Positions 10,099 to 18,407 of a stretch of 64,000 nt of DNA are shown here, one piece after another. Source of the DNA: a virus; IMG/VR virus record IMGVR_UViG_3300044730_000222, positions 1-64,000 of that record; one strand, given 5' to 3'. The notes beneath the pieces are model-generated. The model did not search any database and had not been told where the DNA came from. It saw nothing but the letters and a program-made list of their open reading frames with translations. Position numbers and translations under genes: made by a program. Every line of letters begins with the position of its first letter. Position 1 is the first letter of the stretch.

Positions 10099-11258
10099 TA
10101 GAAAGTCACCGTTCCTGACCCTCCAGTAAATTTATAAACATAATATCCTGAACGACTTGATGTGCTAACTGTATAAGTTAACCCAGCACCTACTGTAAGA
10201 CCTTTAAATGTGTTTGGATAAGCAATAATTACAATTCCAGAGCCACCGCTGGTGTATCTGCCACCGCCACCACCGCCAGTATTTGTTCCGCCATTTGATC
10301 CATTAAAACCTGAAACATATGGTGTATTTTGTCTTCCACCTGATCCTCCACCACCTGCTCCTCCACCGCCAGGACCACCTTCTTCTTGAGCATAAAATTT
10401 ATTTCCGCCTCCACCGCCACCACCAGAATATGTTTGTGCATTTCCATCAATATTAGTTGTAGAGCCGCTTCCTCCTCCACCACCCCATGATCCAAAATTA
10501 GCCTGTGATCCGCTGCCACCGCCACCAGCAGCACCGCCGCCGCCACCACCGCCGAAATTGGACCCACCACCATTATTTCCTTGTGAAGGAGATGTTGAAG
10601 GTGTATTTCCAGCGCCACCGCCACCAGTTACTCCACCGCCACCACCAGAACCACCAGATTGTCCATTGCTACCCCAGTCAGCGTTTCCACCTCTTCCACC
10701 ACGAGTAGATGTTATATTAGAAAATACTGAATCTCCTTCTCCGCCACCGACAGTTACTGTGTAACTTGTACCACCAGTTACTGCAAATGCATTACTTGTT
10801 CTATAACCACCTGCACCACCGCCACCAGAGTTTTCATTGCCAGATTGTTGTCCTTGTCCTCCTCCAGCGCCGCCAGCAACCACTAAATATTCAGTAGATG
10901 TAGCAGAAGGAATAATTACCGAAACACTTGGAGATGCACTTGAATATTGTCCAATTCCAGATGTATTAACACCTGCGATTGTAAAAGTATAAGTTCCGTC
11001 TGCTGTAATATTTGTAAATGTTATTGGAGTTGATGTTGATGTTGAAACAAAACTACCTGGAGAAGATACTGCTCTAAATGATGTTGTTGCCCCGCCAGTT
11101 AGGGCTGCTGTAAATGGCAGAGTTACGGCTGTGCCAGAAGATGTCGGAGTACCTGGTGTAGGTGGATCTGCCAAATCTGGAATTTTTGTGTTTCCAGCAG
11201 AAGCATCTCTATACTTTTTACCAGTTGTATTTGAGTCGCTTGGCTTGCTGGTTGACAT
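10098..11258 (-). CDS. Glycine-rich tail protein with fibronectin-III-like domain
   Basis: YTFTIAGVN..G.G.YS FN3 motif followed by EYLVVAGG...GGSGIVIIAY glycine-rich domain. Confidence 0.75.
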   Translation of the reverse strand: MSTSKPSDSNTTGKKYRDASAGNTKIPDLADPPTPGTPTSSGTAVTLPFTAALTGGATTSFRAVSSPGSFVSTSTSTPITFTNITADGTYTFTIAGVNTSGIGQYSSASPSVSVIIPSATSTEYLVVAGGAGGGQGQQSGNENSGGGGAGGYRTSNAFAVTGGTSYTVTVGGGEGDSVFSNITSTRGGRGGNADWGSNGQSGGSGGGGGVTGGGGAGNTPSTSPSQGNNGGGSNFGGGGGGGAAGGGGSGSQANFGSWGGGGGSGSTTNIDGNAQTYSGGGGGGGNKFYAQEEGGPGGGGAGGGGSGGRQNTPYVSGFNGSNGGTNTGGGGGGRYTSGGSGIVIIAYPNTFKGLTVGAGLTYTVSTSSRSGYYVYKFTGGSGTVTF

Positions 11259-11590
11259 TATGAAATCTCGCTACCAAATGCGCTAAATGAAAGGTTTGCA
11301 GTTGATGCATAAACTCGAATTACATCACTTGCTGCTAGAGTAATTCCTAGGGTAAGCAAAACAGAATCTGATGCTGCTACAGTTGCACCGTATACAATCC
11401 AATTCTTTGCCGTAGTCGTACCCTCTGCTGATGGACGAACTGCAATTCTATATGTTGCAGATGATCCTGCTTGATTGCAAATTGCAATTGTAGAAACAAC
11501 CGTTGCAGCACTTGTGCTGGCAGTGTAAAGAGTTGTTTCTGTTGTGGCAGCAGGATTGCTTTGCGCTAAAACCTTATATGTTGTTGGCAC
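11258..11590 (-). CDS. Small virion protein
   Basis: YKVLAQSNP...AFGSEIS; AAGGAG RBS; tail-module context. Confidence 0.6.
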   Translation of the reverse strand: MPTTYKVLAQSNPAATTETTLYTASTSAATVVSTIAICNQAGSSATYRIAVRPSAEGTTTAKNWIVYGATVAASDSVLLTLGITLAASDVIRVYASTANLSFSAFGSEIS

Positions 11591-11679
11591 TTATATTCTC
11601 CTTTTTCCTGATCCACCTTTATTTTTTTATAAAAATGTGAACCCTATTACTATCAAAATTATACCATGTTTTTGGCTGG

Positions 11680-12606
11680 TTACCCGCCCATTAATAAAAA
11701 TGTATCAGATAATCCACTGGTAGTCTGTTTCCAAGCCATCCCAGAAGTCTCATTTGAGTCTGCTGTAAGAATATATCCATTTGGACCTATTGATAAAACC
11801 GCTATCGTGTCGTTTGCTGTTCCTGTAAGTAAATCCCCTTTAGCGCCAATTATGCTTTCTGGTATGGCAGCATCTGCTAAATCGTATGCAGACTTTACGC
11901 TATTTGGCGTTGCTGCTGTTGTAACAGAAGTGCTTGCAGTTGAGTCGGTTAATTGGACTATGCCAGCAGTGCTTGTAGTAGCAGTTGGTATGGTGATCCA
12001 CTCAAGTCCTGTTGTTGTTGCAGTATTAACAGTTAGGTACTGGCCTTGTGATCCAAGGCCTAAAACAGATGGTGTAGAAGTTCCTGATCCTGATAATATA
12101 TCACCCTTAGCGCCAATTATGCTTTCTGGTATGGCAGCATCTGCTAAATCGTATGCAGACTTTACGCTATTTGGCGTTGCTGCTGTTGTAACAGAAGTGC
12201 TTGCAGTTGAGTTTGTTAATTGAACTATTCCAGCAGTGCTTGTGGTGGCAGAAGGAAGAGCGCTCCACTGCAAACCTGTTCCTGTTGCAGTATTCACACT
12301 CAAATATTGTCCTTGTGATCCAATATCTAAAACAAGTGGTGTAGAGGCTGCTGATGCTGATAATATTTGTCCTTTTGCAGTGAAAACACTTGGCAAGATT
12401 CCAGTTGATACGTTATCTATTTGCTCTTGTAGATCATTGATTGTATATGCAATAGACGGATTAACTAAGGCTGCCGTAGATGTATTTGCTGGATCATATC
12501 CATAAGAACCGTAATGATATAATCTTAGCGCTGCCTGAATATCGGCAGCATCTGAATAGCCTGGAATTGATGTCTGAATTAAATTACCAATTGATTCTGC
12601 TGCCAT
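11680..12606 (-). CDS. Tail fibre protein with internal repeats
   Basis: Two ATTSTAGIVQL...AATPNSVK.AYD fibre repeats and three AKG(D/Q)(I/L)L repeats. Confidence 0.8.
   Translation of the reverse strand: MAAESIGNLIQTSIPGYSDAADIQAALRLYHYGSYGYDPANTSTAALVNPSIAYTINDLQEQIDNVSTGILPSVFTAKGQILSASAASTPLVLDIGSQGQYLSVNTATGTGLQWSALPSATTSTAGIVQLTNSTASTSVTTAATPNSVKSAYDLADAAIPESIIGAKGDILSGSGTSTPSVLGLGSQGQYLTVNTATTTGLEWITIPTATTSTAGIVQLTDSTASTSVTTAATPNSVKSAYDLADAAIPESIIGAKGDLLTGTANDTIAVLSIGPNGYILTADSNETSGMAWKQTTSGLSDTFLLMGG
11840..12212. repeat. Identical ~106-bp direct repeat (11840-11945 and 12107-12212)
   Basis: Nucleotide-identical copies 267 bp apart inside the fibre gene. Confidence 0.9.
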
Positions 12607-12635
12607 TAGGTCACCTCTCCAAAATTATACCATAA

Positions 12636-13232
12636 TCAAGGGACTATTGTTATTTGTAAGTGAGTTGTAACTTGCACTCCACTAGTATATGTTCCAGTAT
12701 CCCCTAGGGGTAACCAAGTAGAACTATCATATTCTACAGCATGTAGGTTGATTATTAAATTGCTACCAGCCAAAGCGGGAATCTCCATAGAAGAAGCAAT
12801 TGGATTTTCATATGCAATACTATACTTAACATTAAAATTTTCTGCAGTTAGCGGGGTACCAGAAACAGTAACAATGTCCTCTACAGGTATTACTATCTGA
12901 GCATCTCCATCTTCAAAGGTAGTTAAAGCATTCTCTGAATAAATAGTAGGGTTAATATCTAATACTTCTACCCAAGTATTTCCACCAGGTTCTGCTACAT
13001 ATTGAAAAATATATCCGTAGGTAGCACTTGGAGAAACGTTTACATAAAGATCATTAAGAATTAAGGTTTGTCCACCCAATTCTCCCCCAGAGGTTTGAGC
13101 ATTCGGGTCGCCAGAGCCTACAAAAAATTTGTTTCCACGAGTACCTTGGGCTCCAATGTTAAGTTGGAGTTCAATTAAACTTGGGGGTCCAAGGACGGTG
13201 ATATCATCGTTAGATAATAATACATCTACCAT
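12636..13232 (-). CDS. Tail/baseplate-module protein
   Basis: GAQGTRG collagen-like triplet, NDLYVN motif; operon context. Confidence 0.55.
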   Translation of the reverse strand: MVDVLLSNDDITVLGPPSLIELQLNIGAQGTRGNKFFVGSGDPNAQTSGGELGGQTLILNDLYVNVSPSATYGYIFQYVAEPGGNTWVEVLDINPTIYSENALTTFEDGDAQIVIPVEDIVTVSGTPLTAENFNVKYSIAYENPIASSMEIPALAGSNLIINLHAVEYDSSTWLPLGDTGTYTSGVQVTTHLQITIVP

Positions 13233-13579
13233 TATTCAGCGCCTGAGACTTGCTCTGTTACTGTAATTGTTCCAGTTAAAAGAGTAAAAACAACAGTTGG
13301 TCCAGAAGTAATTTCAACATCGTATACATATGTCCCAGCATCAAGAGTAGCCCCAACTGCTGGCAATATTGTACAGGTGACAATATCGCTTACAGTATTT
13401 ACAACTGTTTGAGCCGCAACACTAAAAGTTGGATTATCTCCACGGCTTGATGCAATAACAAAATTGGCGGTATAGCCAGTTAAATCAAATGCTCCACCAT
13501 TAGAAGTCTTTGGGCGAATAACAAATTCATTGGTATCCCCTTTATAATAATTAAAATTATATGTTCCTGGAAATGCCAT
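13232..13579 (-). CDS. Baseplate/tail adaptor-like protein (GDT motif)
   Basis: KGDT...DLTGYTA...YVYDVEI...LLTGTITV. Confidence 0.6.
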   Translation of the reverse strand: MAFPGTYNFNYYKGDTNEFVIRPKTSNGGAFDLTGYTANFVIASSRGDNPTFSVAAQTVVNTVSDIVTCTILPAVGATLDAGTYVYDVEITSGPTVVFTLLTGTITVTEQVSGAE

Positions 13580-13676
13580 TATGCTTCTACCTTAAATATT
13601 TCGTCGTTAACTTTAACTAACGGCGGAAGTAAATCATTGCTATCATCAACCTTAATTACGGGTGGTAGCGAAACTG

Positions 13677-14084
13677 TCATAAACTTCCTCCTGGAGTTAC
13701 ATCACCTAGTACACTAATTGTACCAATAACTGGTGTCCAAATATAAGCATTTGGGTTACTTCCAATTTGTACAGATAAATCAAAGGATAATTCTGCAACA
13801 ACATTTTTATAGCCTATACCCCAATTTTGAGTAATACACGAATCGGCAGTAATCACAACAGATCCAGTTGTAGCGGTCACATCAAGGTTATCTAGCACAT
13901 CACCTAGGGGATCATAAACTGTGGCCTTATAGGTCCAACTAGAGGTGTCAAAAGGGGTAGTCTCATCAAGTTCTAAAAAGTCAACTGTCAAAGTTGCGGT
14001 ATCGCCACGAACCACTCGCCACTGAATGTTAGCAGGATTAGCGCCATATTTTTCTATATCATTTGAGCAGCAAGAGTTAGCCAT
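13677..14084 (-). CDS. Baseplate/tail adaptor-like protein (GDT motif)
   Basis: RGDTATL...GTISV.GDVT; near-leaderless TGATATAAT promoter. Confidence 0.55.
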   Translation of the reverse strand: MANSCCSNDIEKYGANPANIQWRVVRGDTATLTVDFLELDETTPFDTSSWTYKATVYDPLGDVLDNLDVTATTGSVVITADSCITQNWGIGYKNVVAELSFDLSVQIGSNPNAYIWTPVIGTISVLGDVTPGGSL

Positions 14085-14110
14085 AATGTTTGATTATATC
14101 ATAAAATAAG

Positions 14111-14165
14111 GCTGAAACCCGCTAGGAGCAGTGGGGGTGGGTAGAGAGCAACCTAGCGGGCCAGC
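14111..14165 (-). ncRNA. Putative hairpin sRNA with C-rich loop
   Basis: Own TGTTATAAT promoter (14172-14180); CCCGCTAGG/CCTAGCGGG stem closing a CUCUCUACCCACCCCCAC loop; no ORF. Confidence 0.5.
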
Positions 14166-14242
14166 ACATTGATTATAACATTTCTTTATTATAAAAACGG
14201 ACAAAAGGTATAAAAACTTTTAAACCAGACAGCATTTCTAAA

Positions 14243-14260
14243 TTGTTATCAAATTGTTAT
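14243..14260 (-). promoter_or_regulatory. ATAACAA-tttg-ATAACAA direct repeat (MtrA-type response-regulator box)
   Basis: 11-bp-period repeat matching the corynebacterial MtrA consensus RTAACAAtttnRTAACAA as I recall it. Confidence 0.45.
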
Positions 14261-14380
14261 AAAGAAAAAACGGTATAGAGTTGAAAACTGTAAAACCAGA
14301 GTGTATAATTGAAATATATAAAAGAAAAGAATATACTAACTATCAAGATATCTTTTATATATTATATATAGAGAAAAATA

Positions 14381-14608
14381 TTATTTCTTAGAATGATCTG
14401 CAAGGTGTTCAAGCATCATATCAAAAACCTTGTCCATTTTATCTTCAAGCCGTGTTACTTGATCTTTCATTGAACTTCCACTATTTGGCTTTAATTCGGA
14501 CATAATATCCTCAACGTATTTTTTCACAATCCACCTTCCGACAAGTCCGACGGCGCCAAGAATGGATATAAGTGTTAATATAAATCCAGCCCAGTCTTGT
14601 GCAGTCAT
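14381..14608 (-). CDS. Small membrane protein (holin-like or lysis/tail accessory)
   Basis: One TM helix followed by ELKPNSGSSMKDQVTRLE coiled coil, a common actinophage family; leaderless. Confidence 0.6.
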   Translation of the reverse strand: MTAQDWAGFILTLISILGAVGLVGRWIVKKYVEDIMSELKPNSGSSMKDQVTRLEDKMDKVFDMMLEHLADHSKK

Positions 14609-14800
14609 GAGAGAAATTATATCATTATTTGAGATTAAATTCGGGCGGTATACAACAAAGCCGAAAATAGAACATTAAACCACACCTAGACAATGTATGA
14701 ATGAAACATTCACCATGTCCTGAATGTTGTCAATATCTCTGGTATAGGCTATAATAGGGATATAAAGATAGAATTATTTATTATTGGAGTATTATAAAAA

Positions 14801-15517
14801 GTGTTTTTTAAAAAATCAGAAAAGATAGAATTTATAAGTACCGTCGAAGGATTAGACGATATAGAGGAATGTAGGCCTAAGCCTGCTAAAAAATATATAC
14901 CAGAATGGTTTAAGCAAATGCCATCAAAAGATGGGATTCCAACTGTCAGGCAATGTCCTTCATTCCCCGATTTTTTTTCGCAAGGATATATTGTTCCTAT
15001 GTGGGTTGATTCTAAAATTTGCTATAATCCAGAATTACAAACATGGGAATGGTTAAATGCTACTGAAGCCTATAGGTGGGAAGTACATCAAAATTCACAA
15101 ATGATAGATCATGTAAAACCAAATTTTAATGGCATTGATGGACAGTTTATTTTTAAAGCACTTTGCCCATGGAGAGTTATAACTCCTCCTGGATGGTCTG
15201 TTTTACAACTACCGCTTTTTTATCACTTTAATCAAAAATGGTCTATATTGCCAGGAGTTATAGATACTGATATACACAATCAAATAAATCAGCAGGTGCT
15301 GTATCATGGAAATGGAATGGAAGTAGATATTAAACGTGGAGAACCATTTGCTTTATATATACCGTTTAAAAGAGATAGTAAACTTGATCTGACTGTAAGA
15401 CACTGGAATGAAGATGATAAAAGTTTTTTTCATAAAAGAGAACTTAATATAGCATCTAAATTTATTGGCAGTGGTGTTTATAGACAAGTACAAAGGTTAA
15501 GAGATAAAAATGAGTGA
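14801..15517 (+). CDS. DUF6065-like protein (paralogue 1 of 5)
   Basis: CP.F.D...GY, W...TPPGWS, PGVIDTD and RGEP...IP.KR motifs. Confidence 0.6.
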   Translation: MFFKKSEKIEFISTVEGLDDIEECRPKPAKKYIPEWFKQMPSKDGIPTVRQCPSFPDFFSQGYIVPMWVDSKICYNPELQTWEWLNATEAYRWEVHQNSQMIDHVKPNFNGIDGQFIFKALCPWRVITPPGWSVLQLPLFYHFNQKWSILPGVIDTDIHNQINQQVLYHGNGMEVDIKRGEPFALYIPFKRDSKLDLTVRHWNEDDKSFFHKRELNIASKFIGSGVYRQVQRLRDKNE

Positions 15518-15710
15518 CGATGTCAAGCCATGGGATTTATTAAATCCAAATAAACCTAGATCATCAGAAGAATTGGCTGAATACCGTTTGGAAATTTGTA
15601 GGGCTTGTCCTATGTACCGTCCAAAATCCAATACCTGTAAAAAATGTGGATGTTTTATGAAATTGAAAACTACTCTGGAACATGCTAAATGTCCTATTGG
15701 GAAATGGTAG
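15510..15710 (+). CDS. Small Cys-rich metal-binding protein (DUF6171-like)
   Basis: R..IC..C...C..CGC....K......CP.GKW. Confidence 0.65.
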   Translation: MSDDVKPWDLLNPNKPRSSEELAEYRLEICRACPMYRPKSNTCKKCGCFMKLKTTLEHAKCPIGKW

Positions 15711-15847
15711 ATTTTTTATATACCGCTTTAAAAATTACTCTTTGTAGATTATGGATTTGATCCAATGCCAGATAATAACCAATGTTATAAATCCAAGAGT
15801 AAGACCTAAACCATAAAACCAGAAATACATTATTCTGGCAAATAGAT

Positions 15848-16033
15848 CTATATAGACCACCAGCCTCTTATAGTACCGCCCTCTACTGGGCAAATATATT
15901 CTTTGTTTTTACCAGATGCATAATATTCTTTAAATAGTCTTAGATCTAATTCTCTATCAGGTTCATGGGTATACCGCCCACAATCAGGGCATGTTTCATG
16001 ATGAACATATTCATATACATGGCGGCAAGGCAT
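15848..16033 (-). CDS. Small Cys/His-rich hypothetical protein
   Basis: Likely start MPCRH (ATG 16033), directly after a TATAAT (leaderless); contains CPDCG. Confidence 0.55.
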   Translation of the reverse strand: MPCRHVYEYVHHETCPDCGRYTHEPDRELDLRLFKEYYASGKNKEYICPVEGGTIRGWWSI

Positions 16034-16225
16034 TTTTCTATTATACCCTGGAAAATCTGAATATTTTTTCATTTTGGGAAAATCTGAATATTTTGCTAAG
16101 ATGTATGATGTGTGTATTTTGAAAATAAAATAAAAAAAATTAGTGCGCCCACCCGCCACCCTTAATAAAAAAAATAAAAAAAAATAACCCGCCAATTTTC
16201 TCGGCGGGCTATTCTTTCGCTGGGT

Positions 16226-16612
16226 TTATTCTAACCCTCTCTCTTTGGCGGTCTTGATAGCGTGGCAATTAGCGCAACGAATAACACACTTTGCGACTTC
16301 GGCAACGAATACGGCAACGGCGCAGGAGTAAAATAAATCGCTAGGGTTTATTTTCTTTCCGCTCTTTGTCTTATATTTTGTAGCGTGGTCTATGTGGTCA
16401 TATTGTAAAGCGAAAGCAGATTTTGAAAATCCGCAATTTTCGCAACCGATAGCAGACTTTAACACTTTAGAGAAATCTCTAGGTGTTAGATTATTTTCTA
16501 CCATAAAGCAATTTAGGCAGATAGTATCCGCAACGAAATCAGAAGCGGAAAGAATAGCCGAGCAATTAGCGCATAAAGTTAGGTTTTGCGCTCTTGTAAT
16601 TTTTGCGTTCAT
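16226..16612 (-). CDS. HNH endonuclease-like protein with N-terminal Zn knuckle
   Basis: GCENCG....ALQYDH...E..KC...CANCH; AGAAAGG RBS before ATG 16612. Confidence 0.75.
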   Translation of the reverse strand: MNAKITRAQNLTLCANCSAILSASDFVADTICLNCFMVENNLTPRDFSKVLKSAIGCENCGFSKSAFALQYDHIDHATKYKTKSGKKINPSDLFYSCAVAVFVAEVAKCVIRCANCHAIKTAKERGLE

Positions 16613-16659
16613 TGTTTTTGCCTTTCTGTCGGTCTGGCGGTTTGCCATTGAGAGAATTA

Positions 16660-16940
16660 AAGCCTAAATCTAGGCAGGGCGCAACTAGGCAGACCCCTAG
16701 ACTTTCAGCGTGTCGCAACCCCTAACCCTTAGCCCTAGACCTAGACCCCTAGACCCTAGACCTAGCGCAACGCCTAGCCCATAGGCAGACCCTAGACCTA
16801 GCGCCTAGCCGATAGGCAGACCCTAACCCCTGCCCCTAATTGGTAGCCCGTAGCCCTAGACCTTAGCCCTAGACCTTAGCCCGTAGCCCCTAACACTTAG
16901 ACCCTAGACCTAGACCCTAGACCTATGCTCAACCCTTAGC
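16660..16940. repeat. Degenerate 6-7 bp tandem repeat tract (CCTAGA / CCCTAG / CCTTAGC / CCCTAA)
   Basis: About 280 bp, non-coding, C-rich top strand, TAG or TAA every 6-7 bp. Confidence 0.9.
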
Positions 16941-16941
16941 C

Positions 16942-17007
16942 TGTGGATAACCTTGTTGATAACCCTGTGGATAAACCTAGCCTGTGGATAACTTTACCTG
17001 TGGATAA
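16942..17007 (-). promoter_or_regulatory. DnaA-box cluster (4 perfect TTATCCACA plus 1 mismatch)
   Basis: TGTGGATAA at 16942, 16966, 16983 and 16999; TGTTGATAA at 16954. Confidence 0.85.
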
Positions 17008-17010
17008 CTT

Positions 17011-17027
17011 TCTCAGGCAATTCTCAG
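17011..17027 (+). promoter_or_regulatory. TCTCAG-N5-TCTCAG direct repeat (MprA-type box)
   Basis: Exact hexamer repeat with 11-bp period, OmpR-family geometry. Confidence 0.4.
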
Positions 17028-17059
17028 GAAGTCCCTAAAGTGGGGAAATGGGGGCGCTT

Positions 17060-17168
17060 ATTTATGACAGATCAAAAAAAGCCCCTAATTTATGACGAGC
17101 AAAAAATTTTCCCAATTTATGAAAAGAAAAATTTGCTCCCTAATTTATGAGAGCAAATTATTTTTCCC
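17060..17168 (+). repeat. Four iteron-like units ATTTATGA-N14/15-CCC, period 27-28 bp
   Basis: ATTTATGA at 17060, 17088, 17115 and 17143, each followed by an A/T tract and CCC. Confidence 0.8.
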
Positions 17169-17176
17169 GATTTTTT

Positions 17177-17359
17177 TTATCTAACGGGGGCAGTTCCTTG
17201 AACATAGCCGTCAATAGATAAAACATCACAAGTAATTTTTACTCTTTGATTTTTCTTTAATGATTTCTTATAAAGATTTATAAAGTGATAAACATTTTCC
17301 TTAGTAGGTAAGTTCATCTCAAAAGTATTTCCGTTCATACTAGTTATTGTTATTTTCAT
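17177..17359 (-). CDS. Early hypothetical protein
   Basis: ORF track; AGAAAGG RBS. Confidence 0.7.
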   Translation of the reverse strand: MKITITSMNGNTFEMNLPTKENVYHFINLYKKSLKKNQRVKITCDVLSIDGYVQGTAPVR

Positions 17360-17483
17360 TTAATACCTTTCTTTTTTCTGTATCGGTTGCTTTATCATAC
17401 CCCGCAACACTTCCGTGTTTAATAATCCAAGCCTTGCGGAGTTTTTGTTCTTGCGAATAATAGTAATAAATAACGCTATTCAT
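17340..17483 (-). CDS. Early micro-protein (47 aa)
   Basis: Manual translation MNSVIYYYYSQEQKLRKAW...; TAATG coupling to the upstream gene. Confidence 0.55.
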   Translation of the reverse strand: MNSVIYYYYSQEQKLRKAWIIKHGSVAGYDKATDTEKRKVLNENNNN

Positions 17484-17593
17484 TAGGCTACACACTCGCA
17501 AGGTTCAACACCATAGTTATCTTCATCGCCGTAAAAAATAACGCCGTGTCCATAACACTCATCACAATTTATTCTTTCTATTGCGTTTATCAT
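17483..17593 (-). CDS. Early micro-protein, CxxCxGxG...CxC zinc finger (36 aa)
   Basis: MINAIERINCDECYGHGVIFYGDEDNYGVEPCECVA; AGAAAGGA RBS and own promoter. Confidence 0.7.
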   Translation of the reverse strand: MINAIERINCDECYGHGVIFYGDEDNYGVEPCECVA

Positions 17594-17613
17594 TTTTAGT
17601 TATCCTTTCTTTC

Positions 17614-17772
17614 TTAAAGTGTAGCAGGGGCTACTGACATAGCCTCTACTGTAAATCCGTTAGCCACTAGGCTTTCCATAAGGTCATTTATCTGACGCTC
17701 ATTTATCATCAACATGTTTGATGTTGTAAGTATGGTATCCTCTTTGGATACTGTGTAATTTAGTGTTAGCAT
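17614..17772 (-). CDS. Early micro-protein (52 aa)
   Basis: MLTLNYTVSKEDTIL...; AGAAAGG RBS and own promoter. Confidence 0.65.
   Translation of the reverse strand: MLTLNYTVSKEDTILTTSNMLMINERQINDLMESLVANGFTVEAMSVAPATL
17618..17639 (-). promoter_or_regulatory. PafBC/RecA-NDp-type promoter
   Basis: TGTCAG-tagcccctgc-TACACT. Confidence 0.75.
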
Positions 17773-17808
17773 TTTTTGCTACCTAACCTTTCTTTTTGTT
17801 ATACTGTA

Positions 17809-17830
17809 ATTCTATCTGTTGCCACTGACA
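17809..17830 (-). promoter_or_regulatory. PafBC/RecA-NDp-type promoter
   Basis: TGTCAG-tggcaacaga-TAGAAT. Confidence 0.8.
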
Positions 17831-17858
17831 TTTTGAGGGGTCTGTGGGGTATCGCCCC

Positions 17859-17874
17859 TGTGATTTACATCACA
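17859..17874. promoter_or_regulatory. CRP box
   Basis: TGTGA-tttaca-TCACA. Confidence 0.75.
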
Positions 17875-17979
17875 CTAGGAAGCGTAATACTCTAGGTAGC
17901 AACCTGAGCAGACGACACGCCCAGAAGTCATAACCTGAGTGTATTTTCTATCTAGTTCACAGATTTCACATTTTTTCAT
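17875..17979 (-). CDS. Early micro-protein, CxxC...CxxC (34 aa)
   Basis: MKKCEICELDRKYTQVMTSGRVVCSGCYLEYYAS; AGAAAGGA RBS. Confidence 0.7.
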   Translation of the reverse strand: MKKCEICELDRKYTQVMTSGRVVCSGCYLEYYAS

Positions 17980-18014
17980 TTTATCTGTTCCTTTCTTTAG
18001 TTTCTATACTGCGT

Positions 18015-18036
18015 ATTCTAGTGGATACCACTGACA
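18015..18036 (-). promoter_or_regulatory. PafBC/RecA-NDp-type promoter
   Basis: TGTCAG-tggtatccac-TAGAAT. Confidence 0.8.
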
Positions 18037-18074
18037 TTTTGGGGGATATTTAGGGCGTGTCGCCCTTTTATTTT

Positions 18075-18090
18075 TGTGACTTACCTCACA
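18075..18090. promoter_or_regulatory. CRP box
   Basis: TGTGA-cttacc-TCACA. Confidence 0.75.
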
Positions 18091-18188
18091 CTTTGTAGGG
18101 AATCTACACAATTTGGACAAATCGCAATAATGTTGCGTTTTGATACATGGGTGGTCTTACCACATAACTTACAATTTTTCTTACTCAT
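18081..18188 (-). CDS. Early micro-protein, CxxC...CxxC (35 aa)
   Basis: MSKKNCKLCGKTTHVSKRNIIAICPNCVDSLQSVR; AGAAAGG RBS. Confidence 0.7.
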   Translation of the reverse strand: MSKKNCKLCGKTTHVSKRNIIAICPNCVDSLQSVR

Positions 18189-18222
18189 TTTAGAACCTTT
18201 CTGTTCATTTCTTATACTGCGT

Positions 18223-18244
18223 ATTCTACACGATAGCACTGACA
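18223..18244 (-). promoter_or_regulatory. PafBC/RecA-NDp-type promoter
   Basis: TGTCAG-tgctatcgtg-TAGAAT. Confidence 0.8.
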
Positions 18245-18353
18245 AAATCAAGGCGACACGCCGATAAAATAAAATAAATTTTTGTTATAGAACAAAACGG
18301 ACATTTCGGACAGGGACCTCCCCGACACGCCCGACCTCGGGGGTGGGGGATTT

Positions 18354-18369
18354 TGTGATAATCCTCACA
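18354..18369. promoter_or_regulatory. CRP box in the divergent promoter region
   Basis: TGTGA-taatcc-TCACA. Confidence 0.75.
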
Positions 18370-18407
18370 AAAAAAGATTTCCGACACGCCCGAAATACAG
18401 GGCAAAA

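Noticed and set aside
2332-12505. Long plus-strand ORFs opposite the tail-fibre genes (also 56296, 57430, 58063)
   Set aside because: Antisense shadows of Thr/Ala/Gly-rich codon usage; no RBS or recognisable motifs.
2148-12606. Diversity-generating retroelement suggested by the Mtd-like N-terminus and repeats
   Set aside because: No reverse transcriptase in the window and no adenine-specific TR/VR mismatch pattern; the 106-bp repeat is identical.
16660-16940. TAG-recoded gene (alternative genetic code)
   Set aside because: TAG falls in all frames here, and normal genes elsewhere end in TAG with high coding density under code 11.
16660-17170. CRISPR array or true telomere
   Set aside because: No constant 25-40 bp repeat with unique spacers; units are degenerate 6-7-mers and internal to the contig.
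17901-17945. Two AACCTGAG matches resembling the pseudoknot loop
   Set aside because: No flanking P1 stem or AAACTGCTC; they lie inside a minus-strand micro-ORF.
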